From Alkalispirochaeta sp. (lineage in GTDB: Bacteria; Spirochaetota; Spirochaetia; DSM-27196; Alkalispirochaetaceae), in contig CBDESZ010000025.1 in assembly GCA_965242725.1 (NCBI GenBank), forward strand, positions 1 through 64,000: a stretch of 64,000 nucleotides of DNA. The letters run 5' to 3'. Shown here in pieces: positions 20,143 to 29,505 of the stretch. Within the stretch, counting starts at the first letter, position 1, and each line of letters starts with the position of its first letter. The position numbers and the translations under genes are program-made. The notes under the pieces were generated by a model. It ran no database searches, was not told the origin of the DNA, and saw only the letters and a list, made by a program, of their open reading frames with translations.

Positions 20143-21095
20143 AACCGCTCTCCCCGAAGGCGGCGGCCGTGGCGGTTATCGCCGCCGTTGCGGCAGGGGG
20201 CATACTCCTGTCGGGGACGGGGAGTGATGCAACAGGGAGAGGAACGGACAGGAAGGAAACGCTCCGAATTGCGACGCTCAATGTCCATTATCTCGACATG
20301 CGCGACATGCGTGACGGATCTGCCGGGGCGGGTGATCCTGACGTGACGAGTTGGATGGGTCGGGACCGCGCCGTCGTGGCGGTGCTGCGGGAAGCGGACG
20401 CGGATATCGTCGCATTCCAGGAAATGGAAACATTTGCCGGCGGCCATTCCAACGAGGAAAACCTGCAGCAGGCGACGCTGTCGGAGGCTTTTCCGGAGTA
20501 CGCCTTTACCGCGACGGGTGATCCCCAACAGTTCCCGAATACGCAGCCCGTGATGTTCCGGGAGCGTCGCTTTGCCGCAGGCGAGCAGGGATTCTACTTC
20601 TATTCTCCCACCCCGGATGAGATCTACAGCTCCCCCTGGTATGGCCGCTATCCCGCCTTTGCCACCTGGGTTCGCCTTGAAGACCGCAATAACGGCAGAC
20701 GATACCTCGTCATGAACGTTCATATCGATCGGGAACGGCACCGTAACAAGATTCTCTCGGCCCGCCTGACGGCGACCCGCATCGCCGAAATAAGGCGTCC
20801 CGAGGAGACGGTGATCGTCGCGGGCGACTTCAACTCCCTCCGATGGTCCCGGGTGGTCCGGATCATTGCGGGTGGGGCGGAGCTGGAGATCGCTCCCGGT
20901 GACGGCGCGACCTTTCACTTTTACCGGGGATTGAACCTCCTTCCGGCGATTGATCACGTTCTGTATCAGAGACGCGGCGAGGGCGGCACCGTCGGATTGA
21001 TCCGCCTCCGCATGCGGGTGATGCGGTCGCGGCCCGGGGGAGTCTGGCCGTCGGACCATTACCCGGTGGTTGTCCAGTTCACCGATCGGCGTTGA
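20139..21095 (+). CDS. Exported endonuclease/exonuclease/phosphatase family protein
   Basis: N-terminal hydrophobic segment; TLNV, FQE, NVH, GDFN, IDH, SDHYPV. Confidence 0.88.
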   Translation: MKPLSPKAAAVAVIAAVAAGGILLSGTGSDATGRGTDRKETLRIATLNVHYLDMRDMRDGSAGAGDPDVTSWMGRDRAVVAVLREADADIVAFQEMETFAGGHSNEENLQQATLSEAFPEYAFTATGDPQQFPNTQPVMFRERRFAAGEQGFYFYSPTPDEIYSSPWYGRYPAFATWVRLEDRNNGRRYLVMNVHIDRERHRNKILSARLTATRIAEIRRPEETVIVAGDFNSLRWSRVVRIIAGGAELEIAPGDGATFHFYRGLNLLPAIDHVLYQRRGEGGTVGLIRLRMRVMRSRPGGVWPSDHYPVVVQFTDRR

Positions 21096-21279
21096 TCGCT
21101 CGAAACAAAAACGAATAAATATTACTAAAACACTGATAAATATAACCTCCCGGAGTATATTCGGAATTACTATCGAACCGGCTTTGGAGGCGGGTGCGAC
21201 GGTACTGCTTGCTTCCTGATTCAACCAATCCCACCACCATATGCCTGGTCCAGTCGGCATTCCGACGGAGGAGAGGTAT

Positions 21280-21402
21280 ATGATTCGAAAAATGTTCATA
21301 ACGGCGCTGTTTTTCAGCTGTCTTGTTGTCCTGGTGAACTCCTGTTCAGTGGAACCGGATAAGAGCGCCACGGTCAACGTCGAATTCGACGTGCGGAACT
21401 AG
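21280..21402 (+). CDS. 40-aa lipoprotein-like ORF in frame with downstream gene
   Basis: GGAGGAGAGG RBS; MIRKMFITALFFSCLVVLVNS-C-SVEPDK...DVRN-TAG; absent from the ORF track. Confidence 0.55.
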   Translation: MIRKMFITALFFSCLVVLVNSCSVEPDKSATVNVEFDVRN

Positions 21403-21411
21403 GGGGCAGGT

Positions 21412-22389
21412 ATGAGAAAAATTATCGCAGTATTGATACTCTGTCTTCCGGGTGTATCGGTCTTTGGAGAGACCGTTGTCGCGGAGCTGGAGGGAATGAA
21501 GGTCTACATCGTGGAATACCAGCTGAACACCCAGGGGTCCGGTACGATGGGTCGCAGCGGCGTCGGTACGGTACTGACCCTGGAACCGGGGGGGACGCCG
21601 CAACTTCCGTCGCTGGAGGTGAACGATCCTGATCAGGAGGCCAACGAACTTTCCGTTACCGTCAACGCGGACAGCGTGGAGATCAAGGCGTGGGCTCAGA
21701 TTGGTACAACCTACCACTTCACAACGTCGTCGGGAATCGGCACGAGCGCCAGCAGCAACTCCGGAGACTGGAGCGGATACGACTACATGTCCGTGGAATA
21801 TCCCGACTCCCATGAGGTGCTGCAGAATTACTTCCCCGATCCGGTCTTTATCGGCGACGGGGATACCATTTCGATCACCGCGGTGACGCACTTTCCCTAT
21901 AACGCCTACTTCTGGGACGGGCAGGGTGAACAGGAAAGCCCCTTTGACTGGATGAACGTCTCCTCGGGACCAGCCTTTGCCGTCGCCAACATGGATATCG
22001 TGCTGGCCATCAACAAGACCCTCGATATTGAAAGCTACTACTTCGGGTTGAGCGCCTCGGTTGTGACGGATCCCGTGAACCACGAAGACGCCTTTGTGGG
22101 CACTCTCTTTCTCGACCAGATCGGGAACATCTACATCGGCGTCGTCAAATTCGCCACCGGAACCGACACGGGCTGGACGTGGGCCCGCATCGAAGGCGTC
22201 GCGCCCAACGGCTCAAACGAGTATGCCTTCGGCATTGCCGAGGACTACTCCGAGAATCTCGGAAACTACGACTTCAACATGAGCACCACAGGATTCACCC
22301 GAGCCGGCGCCGTCGGCGGGACCGGCTCGTTCTCGGTGACTCATCCGACAAACGGGACGACCACCTTCTACTATCGACGGTTTGAGTGA
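21412..22389 (+). CDS. Secreted beta-rich hypothetical protein
   Basis: Signal-like MRKIIAVLILCLPGVSVFG; rich in Thr, Ser, Gly and aromatic residues. Confidence 0.75.
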   Translation: MRKIIAVLILCLPGVSVFGETVVAELEGMKVYIVEYQLNTQGSGTMGRSGVGTVLTLEPGGTPQLPSLEVNDPDQEANELSVTVNADSVEIKAWAQIGTTYHFTTSSGIGTSASSNSGDWSGYDYMSVEYPDSHEVLQNYFPDPVFIGDGDTISITAVTHFPYNAYFWDGQGEQESPFDWMNVSSGPAFAVANMDIVLAINKTLDIESYYFGLSASVVTDPVNHEDAFVGTLFLDQIGNIYIGVVKFATGTDTGWTWARIEGVAPNGSNEYAFGIAEDYSENLGNYDFNMSTTGFTRAGAVGGTGSFSVTHPTNGTTTFYYRRFE

Positions 22390-22397
22390 AACCCGTT

Positions 22398-22427
22398 GCG
22401 GAAACGTCGCGGAAGGGACGTTTCCGC
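22398..22427. terminator. Hairpin between convergent genes
   Basis: GCGGAAACGTC-N8-GACGTTTCCGC, 11-bp perfect stem. Confidence 0.6.
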
Positions 22428-22432
22428 CGGAA

Positions 22433-24388
22433 TCATTGTGATAGCTCCGTCCCCCGGTACTCAAGGAGACCGGCGGCCGGGGCGGATTCGTTCACTCTGA
22501 AAAATGCAACGGACTGCTGGAGCTGCTCCGCCTGACCGGAGAGCTCTTCCGCCATGCTCGACATCTCCTCGGCGTGGGCGGCGTTCTGCTGGACCACCTT
22601 GTCCAGCTCGCTGATCGCCTTGTTCACTTCGGCGCTTCCCGTGCGTTGCTCCGCTGTGGACGCGCTGATCTCCTGGACGAGCTCCGCGGTCTTTTGAATA
22701 TTCGGGACGAGGGCGTCCAGCCATTCACCCGCTTCTTCAGCCACCGCGACACTGCTGCCGGAGACCTCGCTGATTTCCGCCGCTGCCGTCTGGCTCCGCT
22801 CCGCCAGTTTCCGCACCTCCGTTGCGACGACCGCGAAGCCCTTACCCTGCTCACCGGCCCGGGCAGCCTCTATGGCCGCATTGAGGGCAAGGAGGTTTGT
22901 ATTCCGGGCGATTTCCTGAATGATGGAGATACGATCGGCGATGTTGTTCATCGCCTCGATGGTCTGGCGGACCGCCGCTCCGCTTCGGCGGGCATCCTCT
23001 GCCGCTTTCTGTGCAATCTGTTCGGTTTCCCTGGCGTTGTCCGCGTTCTGCTGTATCGTCGAGTCCATTTGCTCCATGGACGACGACACTTCCTGGGTGT
23101 TTGCGGCCTGTTCCGTTGCGCCCTGGGATAACTGTTCCGAACTTGACGCCATTTGCTCACTGCCCGAGGCGACGTTGGCGCTTGCGGTTGCGATTTCACC
23201 GACCACCGATCGGAGCTGTTCCACCAGCTTCTGCTGCGCCCGGGCGAGTTCGGCAACTTCATCACTGCCGGTTACCTCGATCTGTGTTGTCAGGTCTCCC
23301 GTGGCCAGATCCGTCGCCGCCCTGATGATTTCGTGGAGCGCCTTGAGCATCTTCCTCACCAGGAGGAACGCCACGAGGGCGGCGGCAATGAAGGCGAGTA
23401 CGGTGACGGTAAGATAGATACGATTTGTCCGTACGATGCCGGCTTGCATGTTCCGGGTCGCCGCGGCTGCCCGTTCCTCCTGCAGCGTCACCAGCACGTC
23501 AATTGAGTTCCGCATTCGTGAAAACTCGAGCGCCCCGGCGACGACTGCTTCCCGGACCAGCTCACTTTCCTCGGACGTCTGAATGAGAAGATTGAATACC
23601 TCCCGGGCAGGGGGACCCCACTCCTGAAACTGGCGATTGAAGTCGGCGGCGAGCTGTTGTGCCTCCGCGGTTCCCAGGAGTGACAGACCCTGGAGGACCC
23701 GCTCGGACGTTTGATTCATATTTTCCTGTTGGCTCAGGTCGAAGGCCTGTAGCTGGGCGAGATTTTCAGCGTTCACCGCCTGAAGACGGGCGACATACGC
23801 CTGGTATGCGTCTCTGTCACCGTTGAGAATGAGGGAAAGAGCCTGCTCCAGCTCCCTGCGCCGGGAGTCGGAAAGGTCTGTCGTGAGCAGTGATTCCACC
23901 GCCTGCCCCGCCTGGTCGATTGTGGAACGCATAGACTCAAAGGCGACGGCGGCTTCCTCGGCGCGCTGCTCCCGCCGGGCGTTTTCGTCGGCGATGTCGA
24001 GGCGTGTCTCGACGACGGCGAGGCCGTGTTCACGCCACGTCTGATATTGTGAGCGGAAGGTGGCGTAGTGCTCCTCCATCTCCGGAGTGAAACGCCCGGA
24101 GACCGCTGCGATCCGATCCAGGGTCTGGGCCGTATTCTCCTGGTAATCCGATACGGCGGTCTCAAGTGTTTCCACATCGGTGGCTGTCCGGGCATTAAAC
24201 TCCGCCGTCAGTGCCTGATAGGCATCCCGGTCGGCGTTTATGAGACTCGCCTGATCCTCCTGGATCTGGTTGAGCTCCGTGATCGCCTGGGCGAGATTCC
24301 CGAAATTCATCAGGCCCACCACAAATACCGTCAAGAGTCCGACGATGGGTAAACCGGTTATGACCAGGAATTTACCTTTGAGTCGCAT
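22433..24388 (-). CDS. Methyl-accepting chemotaxis protein with duplicated periplasmic helical module and HAMP
   Basis: TM-sensor-TM-HAMP (GDLT..DEVAEL)-MCP signal ([16 protein letters not shown]); NADRDAYQA / NGDRDAYQA repeat. Confidence 0.93.
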   Translation of the reverse strand: MRLKGKFLVITGLPIVGLLTVFVVGLMNFGNLAQAITELNQIQEDQASLINADRDAYQALTAEFNARTATDVETLETAVSDYQENTAQTLDRIAAVSGRFTPEMEEHYATFRSQYQTWREHGLAVVETRLDIADENARREQRAEEAAVAFESMRSTIDQAGQAVESLLTTDLSDSRRRELEQALSLILNGDRDAYQAYVARLQAVNAENLAQLQAFDLSQQENMNQTSERVLQGLSLLGTAEAQQLAADFNRQFQEWGPPAREVFNLLIQTSEESELVREAVVAGALEFSRMRNSIDVLVTLQEERAAAATRNMQAGIVRTNRIYLTVTVLAFIAAALVAFLLVRKMLKALHEIIRAATDLATGDLTTQIEVTGSDEVAELARAQQKLVEQLRSVVGEIATASANVASGSEQMASSSEQLSQGATEQAANTQEVSSSMEQMDSTIQQNADNARETEQIAQKAAEDARRSGAAVRQTIEAMNNIADRISIIQEIARNTNLLALNAAIEAARAGEQGKGFAVVATEVRKLAERSQTAAAEISEVSGSSVAVAEEAGEWLDALVPNIQKTAELVQEISASTAEQRTGSAEVNKAISELDKVVQQNAAHAEEMSSMAEELSGQAEQLQQSVAFFRVNESAPAAGLLEYRGTELSQ

Positions 24389-24613
24389 CGTTTCATCTCC
24401 CCTTGCCGAAACGGCAATACATAGTGTACTGACCCGGAACGTGGTGTGAGAAGGATGCGTCAGGGTACGAACCGGGCAATTCACACCACTTCGGCGCCTC
24501 TATGAATATAGTACAATTTGACATTATTTGCGAATTTCGCCGTTGCGAGGCGGGTGGCCCTTGCCCGATCACGGAACGGATCGATAGATAACCGGATGGT
24601 TCGTTTAAATGAA

Positions 24614-25054
24614 TTAAAGACGTTTTATGTCGACCACGTCGTAGTAGACGAGGGAGAGTATGACCGTCCACCCGACAAAGTGGAAGAGAACCATCCCGAT
24701 AGAATCCAGTGTTGCGGCGATGGTGTTGAGGGTGGCGCTGATGAGAAAGACGGTGGATACAAGGGACATGACGGCGATGAGATGGGTGAAGAAGAGCATC
24801 GCCGGGTTGCCCTGTTCCCGGTAGCTTGTGGTTGTCCATATGTGTATGAGCGTCGACCAGATGATGGGGACGGCAACGAAGTAGAGGAGGAGGTTGTTTT
24901 CCTCGGGGAAGACGTAGTCAACGTGAAACTCGAAGTACCACGTCCCTACCGCGAAAATGGCGAGGTCCCTGATGAGGACGAAGCGCGCCGTCGCCCAGAA
25001 TGGGCGCCTGGGGTGTGTCCTTTGCGTATCAGATCGCGTTTTTAAAACAGCCAT
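24614..25054 (-). CDS. Hypothetical 4-TM membrane protein
   Basis: Four hydrophobic segments; start uncertain. Confidence 0.65.
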   Translation of the reverse strand: MAVLKTRSDTQRTHPRRPFWATARFVLIRDLAIFAVGTWYFEFHVDYVFPEENNLLLYFVAVPIIWSTLIHIWTTTSYREQGNPAMLFFTHLIAVMSLVSTVFLISATLNTIAATLDSIGMVLFHFVGWTVILSLVYYDVVDIKRL

Positions 25055-25206
25055 AGCCGCATCATAGCCGGTATTCACTAGATTGTTGATGGGGCCGCCG
25101 GAAGGACGGGGACGGGCAGTGCGTGTCCGTCGAACTTCGGTCATTAACCGACAATATTGCAGAAAAAACTTTACGGCGTAAAAATTTCCGACTATTGTTA
25201 TCAACT

Positions 25207-25440
25207 ATGAGAGAGATGACGCGCCATTGGCCCGGCAGGATCTATCTGATCCTCCTTTTGTTGTCCATTGTGGGATATATCGCCTTTCTTGCAGTCGGGG
25301 GTACCGATGCCGATGCGGGTGGCGAGCCGGTGATTGTCTTTGGCTGGATGACGATGCCCCTCTTTTCGGGCGCTCTCTTCGTCATTTTCTGGCTCGTGAC
25401 CTATCTGGTCTATTTCTTCGCCTTCTGGCCCTATCGATAG
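25207..25440 (+). CDS. Small 2-TM protein, probable symporter accessory subunit
   Basis: Two TM helices; lies immediately upstream of the SSS gene, the usual position of ActP/PanF-type partner proteins. Confidence 0.7.
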   Translation: MREMTRHWPGRIYLILLLLSIVGYIAFLAVGGTDADAGGEPVIVFGWMTMPLFSGALFVIFWLVTYLVYFFAFWPYR

Positions 25441-25449
25441 GAGGACCCC

Positions 25450-26991
25450 GTGGGTTTCACGATTTTTGCGCTTACCGCTTTTGGTGCAGTTGTCGTCTTC
25501 ATGGCTGCCTACGGCTATCGGATTTCCGCCAAGACGGCGGAGGATTACATGCTCGGTGGTCGAACGATCGGCGTTGTGGTGATGTTTTTCTTCGTCCTCT
25601 TTGCCATCAGCTCCGCCTGGACCTTTTACGGCTTTCCGGGACTGTTGTACACCCAGGGACCGGGGTACGTGATGTTTATCTGGGGCAGCGTCGCCGGGTT
25701 TGCGGGTCTTTATATGTTTTTCGGGCCCCGTCTCTGGGCGCTTGCCAAGATCAACCGGTTTCTTTCGCCGGTGGAAGTTCTGGCGGAACGGTATGAGTCA
25801 AGGACGCTTCGCTTTGTTCTCTCCGCAAGTATTCTGCTCTTTATTGTTCCCTATGTGGGCATCCAACCGCTGGGCGTCGGCGCCGGATTTGAAGCGCTTA
25901 CGGGCCTGCCGGCGATATGGGGTGCCCTCTACACGGCGGTGATTCTCATCGTTCTCGTTCTGCTTGGGGGAATGCGTATCGTCGCATGGGTCAACATCTT
26001 TCTGGGAGTTGTGTATGTGACGGCACTTCTCGGCAGTCTCGTGTGGGTCGTGGCCGCGCTCTTTCCCAACGGCGGACTGGTGGAGGCGGTTCAAATCCTT
26101 CAGGAGCGCTCGCCCGAGATTCTCAGCTCTCCGGGGCCAAACGGGCAATACACCTCGGCGGTTCTCGGTGGAACTTTTGTGGTGGGGCTCCTCGCCTTCG
26201 CATGGCCCCATGTGGCAATCGGCTGTATGACCGCCCGGGACAAGAGCCTCTTCAAGTGGTTTCCCCTCCTGATCTTTGTCTTCGGCGGCCTTTTCTTTTA
26301 CATCATTCCCTTTATCTGGGGGTCCATCGTGGCTCCGGCGGCGATTCCCGTCGAGGAGCTGGCGGAAATGGCGGCGACAAACGGCGTCCCCCTCCAGGAA
26401 GAGGCGGACCGGGTGGTGCAGACTATTATCGTCAGAAGCCTTCCCGCCTGGTTCGGGGTCTTTGTCCTCCTCGGGGTGGTAGCTGCGGCGGTGAGTACCG
26501 CGGCGGTCCAGCTCATGACCTCCAGCGTCATCGTGAGTCGCGACGTTATTCAGGGCTTCTTTAAACCCGACGCCACCGACAGGGAGATCACCACCTGGGC
26601 GCGATGGTCCGTGGTGGTCATCGTCATTCTCAGTACGACGATCAGTTTCTTCAATCAGGGGGCAATGGCGCTCTATCTCACCGATGTGAGCGTACCCGGC
26701 TTTGCCCAGTGGGCGCCGGCGCTGGTGGGCGGGCTCCTGTGGAAACGGGGTACCCGTCAGGGGGCGATCGCGGGAACGGTGACGGGTGTGGTCTTTCTCA
26801 TCGCGTCATTGTTGCTGGTGGTGGATGGAGAGCGAATTCTCGTGGTGGGGCATCCGGTCATCGGAAGTCTCCTGATCAATACGATCGTCTACGTAGTGGC
26901 AAGCAAGCTTACGCCCCGACCGAGTGAGGCGATCGAGACGCAGTTTTTTGACGAAGTGGAAGACTATCTCCGGGCCGAGTCGACGGTATGA
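25450..26991 (+). CDS. Sodium:solute symporter (SSS/SLC5 family)
   Basis: EDYMLGGR, SAWTFYGFPG, ERYES, GGMR, AAAVST; about 13 TM; AGGAGG RBS. Confidence 0.92.
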   Translation: MGFTIFALTAFGAVVVFMAAYGYRISAKTAEDYMLGGRTIGVVVMFFFVLFAISSAWTFYGFPGLLYTQGPGYVMFIWGSVAGFAGLYMFFGPRLWALAKINRFLSPVEVLAERYESRTLRFVLSASILLFIVPYVGIQPLGVGAGFEALTGLPAIWGALYTAVILIVLVLLGGMRIVAWVNIFLGVVYVTALLGSLVWVVAALFPNGGLVEAVQILQERSPEILSSPGPNGQYTSAVLGGTFVVGLLAFAWPHVAIGCMTARDKSLFKWFPLLIFVFGGLFFYIIPFIWGSIVAPAAIPVEELAEMAATNGVPLQEEADRVVQTIIVRSLPAWFGVFVLLGVVAAAVSTAAVQLMTSSVIVSRDVIQGFFKPDATDREITTWARWSVVVIVILSTTISFFNQGAMALYLTDVSVPGFAQWAPALVGGLLWKRGTRQGAIAGTVTGVVFLIASLLLVVDGERILVVGHPVIGSLLINTIVYVVASKLTPRPSEAIETQFFDEVEDYLRAESTV

Positions 26992-28406
26992 CAGAGGGAA
27001 AAACATTCCGATTGATTTTCAACCCCGATGGGGATACCACCGATGTCGTCTCCTACGGGGCGGCGGTGGCGGAGGGAAGAATTGCCGGGAAGTATCAGCT
27101 CTCCACAACGGCGGTTCCCGACACGCTCATCGTGCAGAAGAGCCGGAACAAAGGCATCATCGCCGGAGCGGATGTTAAGATTGACCGGGAAGCAGCCAGG
27201 GCCCAGGGCATCGAGCTCGCGAAAGCGGCGCGCCAGGGCCGCAACAGCGCACGGGCGATCGGTACAATTCCGCTGAGCGAGGTGATGAACAAAGGTTCCC
27301 GCTCATTTGAAGCACGACATGTGGAAGGCAATGATCCGGCGGTGATTCTTTATACGTCGGGTACGACGGGGAATCCCAAGGGCGTCACCCTGTCCCACAA
27401 AAACTTCTGGTTTCAACGGACGACCGTCGTGTCCTCAATTCTGACCTTTACTCCCGATGACCGCGTGGTCGGCGTGCTTCCCCTGTACCACGTCTACGGT
27501 CTTGCCAACGGAATGATCCCCACCATTGGAAACGGGGCTTCCATGGTCATGATTGCACAGTACAGCCCCCAGACGCTGCTGGATACCATCGCCGAAACGA
27601 AAGCGACGATTCTGCCCGCTATTCCAAGCATGTATCAGCACCTGCTTGCCATCGCCCGGGCACGAAAGACGGACATGCCAAAGAGCTTGCGCTCTTGCGT
27701 CTCCGGCGGTGCTCCCCTTCCGCTGGCGGTTTTGCAGCAATTCAAGGAAGTCTTTCAGACGCAGATCGTTGAAGGTTACGGACTGACGGAAACGACTTCA
27801 AGCGTCTGCGCCAACGGACGGACGGGGACGCTCAAGGAAGGCAGCATCGGTCCCGTCGCCGAAGGCGTTGAAATGTCCGTCTTTGATGAGACCGACCGGC
27901 CGGTGGCCGACGGCGAAGTCGGCGAGATCGTCATTCGCAGCGATACGGTGACGCCGGGATACTGGAACGATCCCGACGCGACGGCGGAGGCAATCAACGG
28001 TGACGGCTGGTTTCACACCGGAGATCTGGGGTATCGCGATGAGGACGGCTTCTATTTCATCACCGACCGCAAGAAGGATCTTATTATTCGTGGCGGATTC
28101 AACATCAGTCCCCGGGAGGTGGAAGAGGTGATCATGCTTCACCCGAAGATCGCCGACGCCGCCGTCGTTGCCGCTCCTGATCGCCACGACCAGGAAATGG
28201 TGAAAGCCTACGTCGTTCTCCGTGAAGGGGAAGCGATGTCGGAACGGGAAGTCATGGATCACTGCGTCGATACGATGGCACCGTATAAACGTCCGAAGGC
28301 GGTTGTATTTGTAGAATCTCTGCCGAAAAGCGCGACCGGGAAAGTCCTCCGCACGGAACTTCGCGGTGAGGCGGTGGACAGAAGGCTGATAACGAGGAAC
28401 GAGTGA
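26988..28406 (+). CDS. Chimera: LplA-like N-terminal segment plus C-terminal two-thirds of an acyl-CoA ligase
   Basis: aa ~1-85 FRLI..PDTL..KIDREAARAQGIEL resemble the lipoate ligase N-terminus. YTSGTTGNPKG is already at aa ~122, followed by EGYGLTET, TGDLG, DRKKD, PKSATGK. Confidence 0.85.
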   Translation: MTEGKTFRLIFNPDGDTTDVVSYGAAVAEGRIAGKYQLSTTAVPDTLIVQKSRNKGIIAGADVKIDREAARAQGIELAKAARQGRNSARAIGTIPLSEVMNKGSRSFEARHVEGNDPAVILYTSGTTGNPKGVTLSHKNFWFQRTTVVSSILTFTPDDRVVGVLPLYHVYGLANGMIPTIGNGASMVMIAQYSPQTLLDTIAETKATILPAIPSMYQHLLAIARARKTDMPKSLRSCVSGGAPLPLAVLQQFKEVFQTQIVEGYGLTETTSSVCANGRTGTLKEGSIGPVAEGVEMSVFDETDRPVADGEVGEIVIRSDTVTPGYWNDPDATAEAINGDGWFHTGDLGYRDEDGFYFITDRKKDLIIRGGFNISPREVEEVIMLHPKIADAAVVAAPDRHDQEMVKAYVVLREGEAMSEREVMDHCVDTMAPYKRPKAVVFVESLPKSATGKVLRTELRGEAVDRRLITRNE

Positions 28407-29392
28407 TGTTTGGACGAAAAAAGCGCGGATCGAAGGATGCGGATTTAGGCGGCGGGGTCCCCGGCGCCGCAGGAAGGGGCGGATCCGGCACCGGGGCAGC
28501 CGCGGTGGGCCTGGGCGAAATGCTGGAAGAGATGTCCCGCCGGTACAAACGACGGGACGCGATCGTCTTTGAGGGGCGTCACGTCCCGTACAGCGAGCTC
28601 AACGAAAACGCGAATCGCGTAGCCGGCGGACTGGAGGCGCTCGGTATCGGGCCGGGCGATCGGGTCGCTCTGATGCTCCCCAACATTCCCGAGTTCGCCT
28701 ACACCTTTTTCGGGATTCAAAAACTCGGAGCGGTGGCGGTTCCCTTTAACACGATGTACAAGGGACGGGAGATCAGCTTTATCCTGAAGGATTCGGGGGC
28801 AAAAGCGATCGTCTGTCTCACCAACTTTGCCAACCTCATCAATGAAATAAAGGACGAGTGTCCCGATCTGGAGCACGTCATTGTGACTGGTCAGCGCACC
28901 CTCGTTTTTGTCGATCCCGACGCGACGGTCAACGTACAGCTGGTTGCGGAAAAGGGAAATTTCGAGGGAGGGGAGTCTGTTTTCCATCAAATGGGAGAAA
29001 TCCTCGTGAATACCTTCCATGCCGCCGGTGTAAAGGACGCGTGGTACAAGCATCAGGGTGCGGTCCGTGCCAACGGCAGGAAACTGGCCACCATTCTCGT
29101 CAGCGAAATTGAAAACCTCTATGTGGTCAATGTGATTGCATTCCTGAAGGACATGGACGTGGACCCTCTCTTTAAGGTGCTCTGGGTGCCGCCGGAGATC
29201 AAGGACAAGGCAGTCGAGCCGTCGACGAGCGTGGAATCCGAGTCCGGCACGGTACTGACCGTCCAGACGTTCCGGGATCTCCTGACTGCTGAATTTTCCC
29301 GTGTCATGGATATCACCTTTGAGGAGGGGCAGCTTACGCGGGATGAACAGATGGCTTACGAGAAGAACCGCGCAATGGCGGGGCGAATATAG
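28406..29392 (+). CDS. Chimera: acyl-CoA ligase N-terminal third plus LplA/BPL-like C-terminal segment
   Basis: YSELNENANRVA, GDRVALMLPN.PEF, GAVAVP.N, EISFILKDSGAK, LEHVIVTG; then VRANGRKL, VLWVPPEIKDK, TSVESESG, GQLTRDE; TGATG coupling to upstream gene. Confidence 0.8.
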   Translation: MFGRKKRGSKDADLGGGVPGAAGRGGSGTGAAAVGLGEMLEEMSRRYKRRDAIVFEGRHVPYSELNENANRVAGGLEALGIGPGDRVALMLPNIPEFAYTFFGIQKLGAVAVPFNTMYKGREISFILKDSGAKAIVCLTNFANLINEIKDECPDLEHVIVTGQRTLVFVDPDATVNVQLVAEKGNFEGGESVFHQMGEILVNTFHAAGVKDAWYKHQGAVRANGRKLATILVSEIENLYVVNVIAFLKDMDVDPLFKVLWVPPEIKDKAVEPSTSVESESGTVLTVQTFRDLLTAEFSRVMDITFEEGQLTRDEQMAYEKNRAMAGRI

Positions 29393-29505
29393 CGTCCCTA
29401 GCGGATACCCTTTCCCCATGATCGCCTGGACGACGTACCTCTCGGGAGAGCTTGCGGACCATGCTATGTCTGGCAGCGATCGCCACAATGTGACGTGAAC
29501 CCCGC

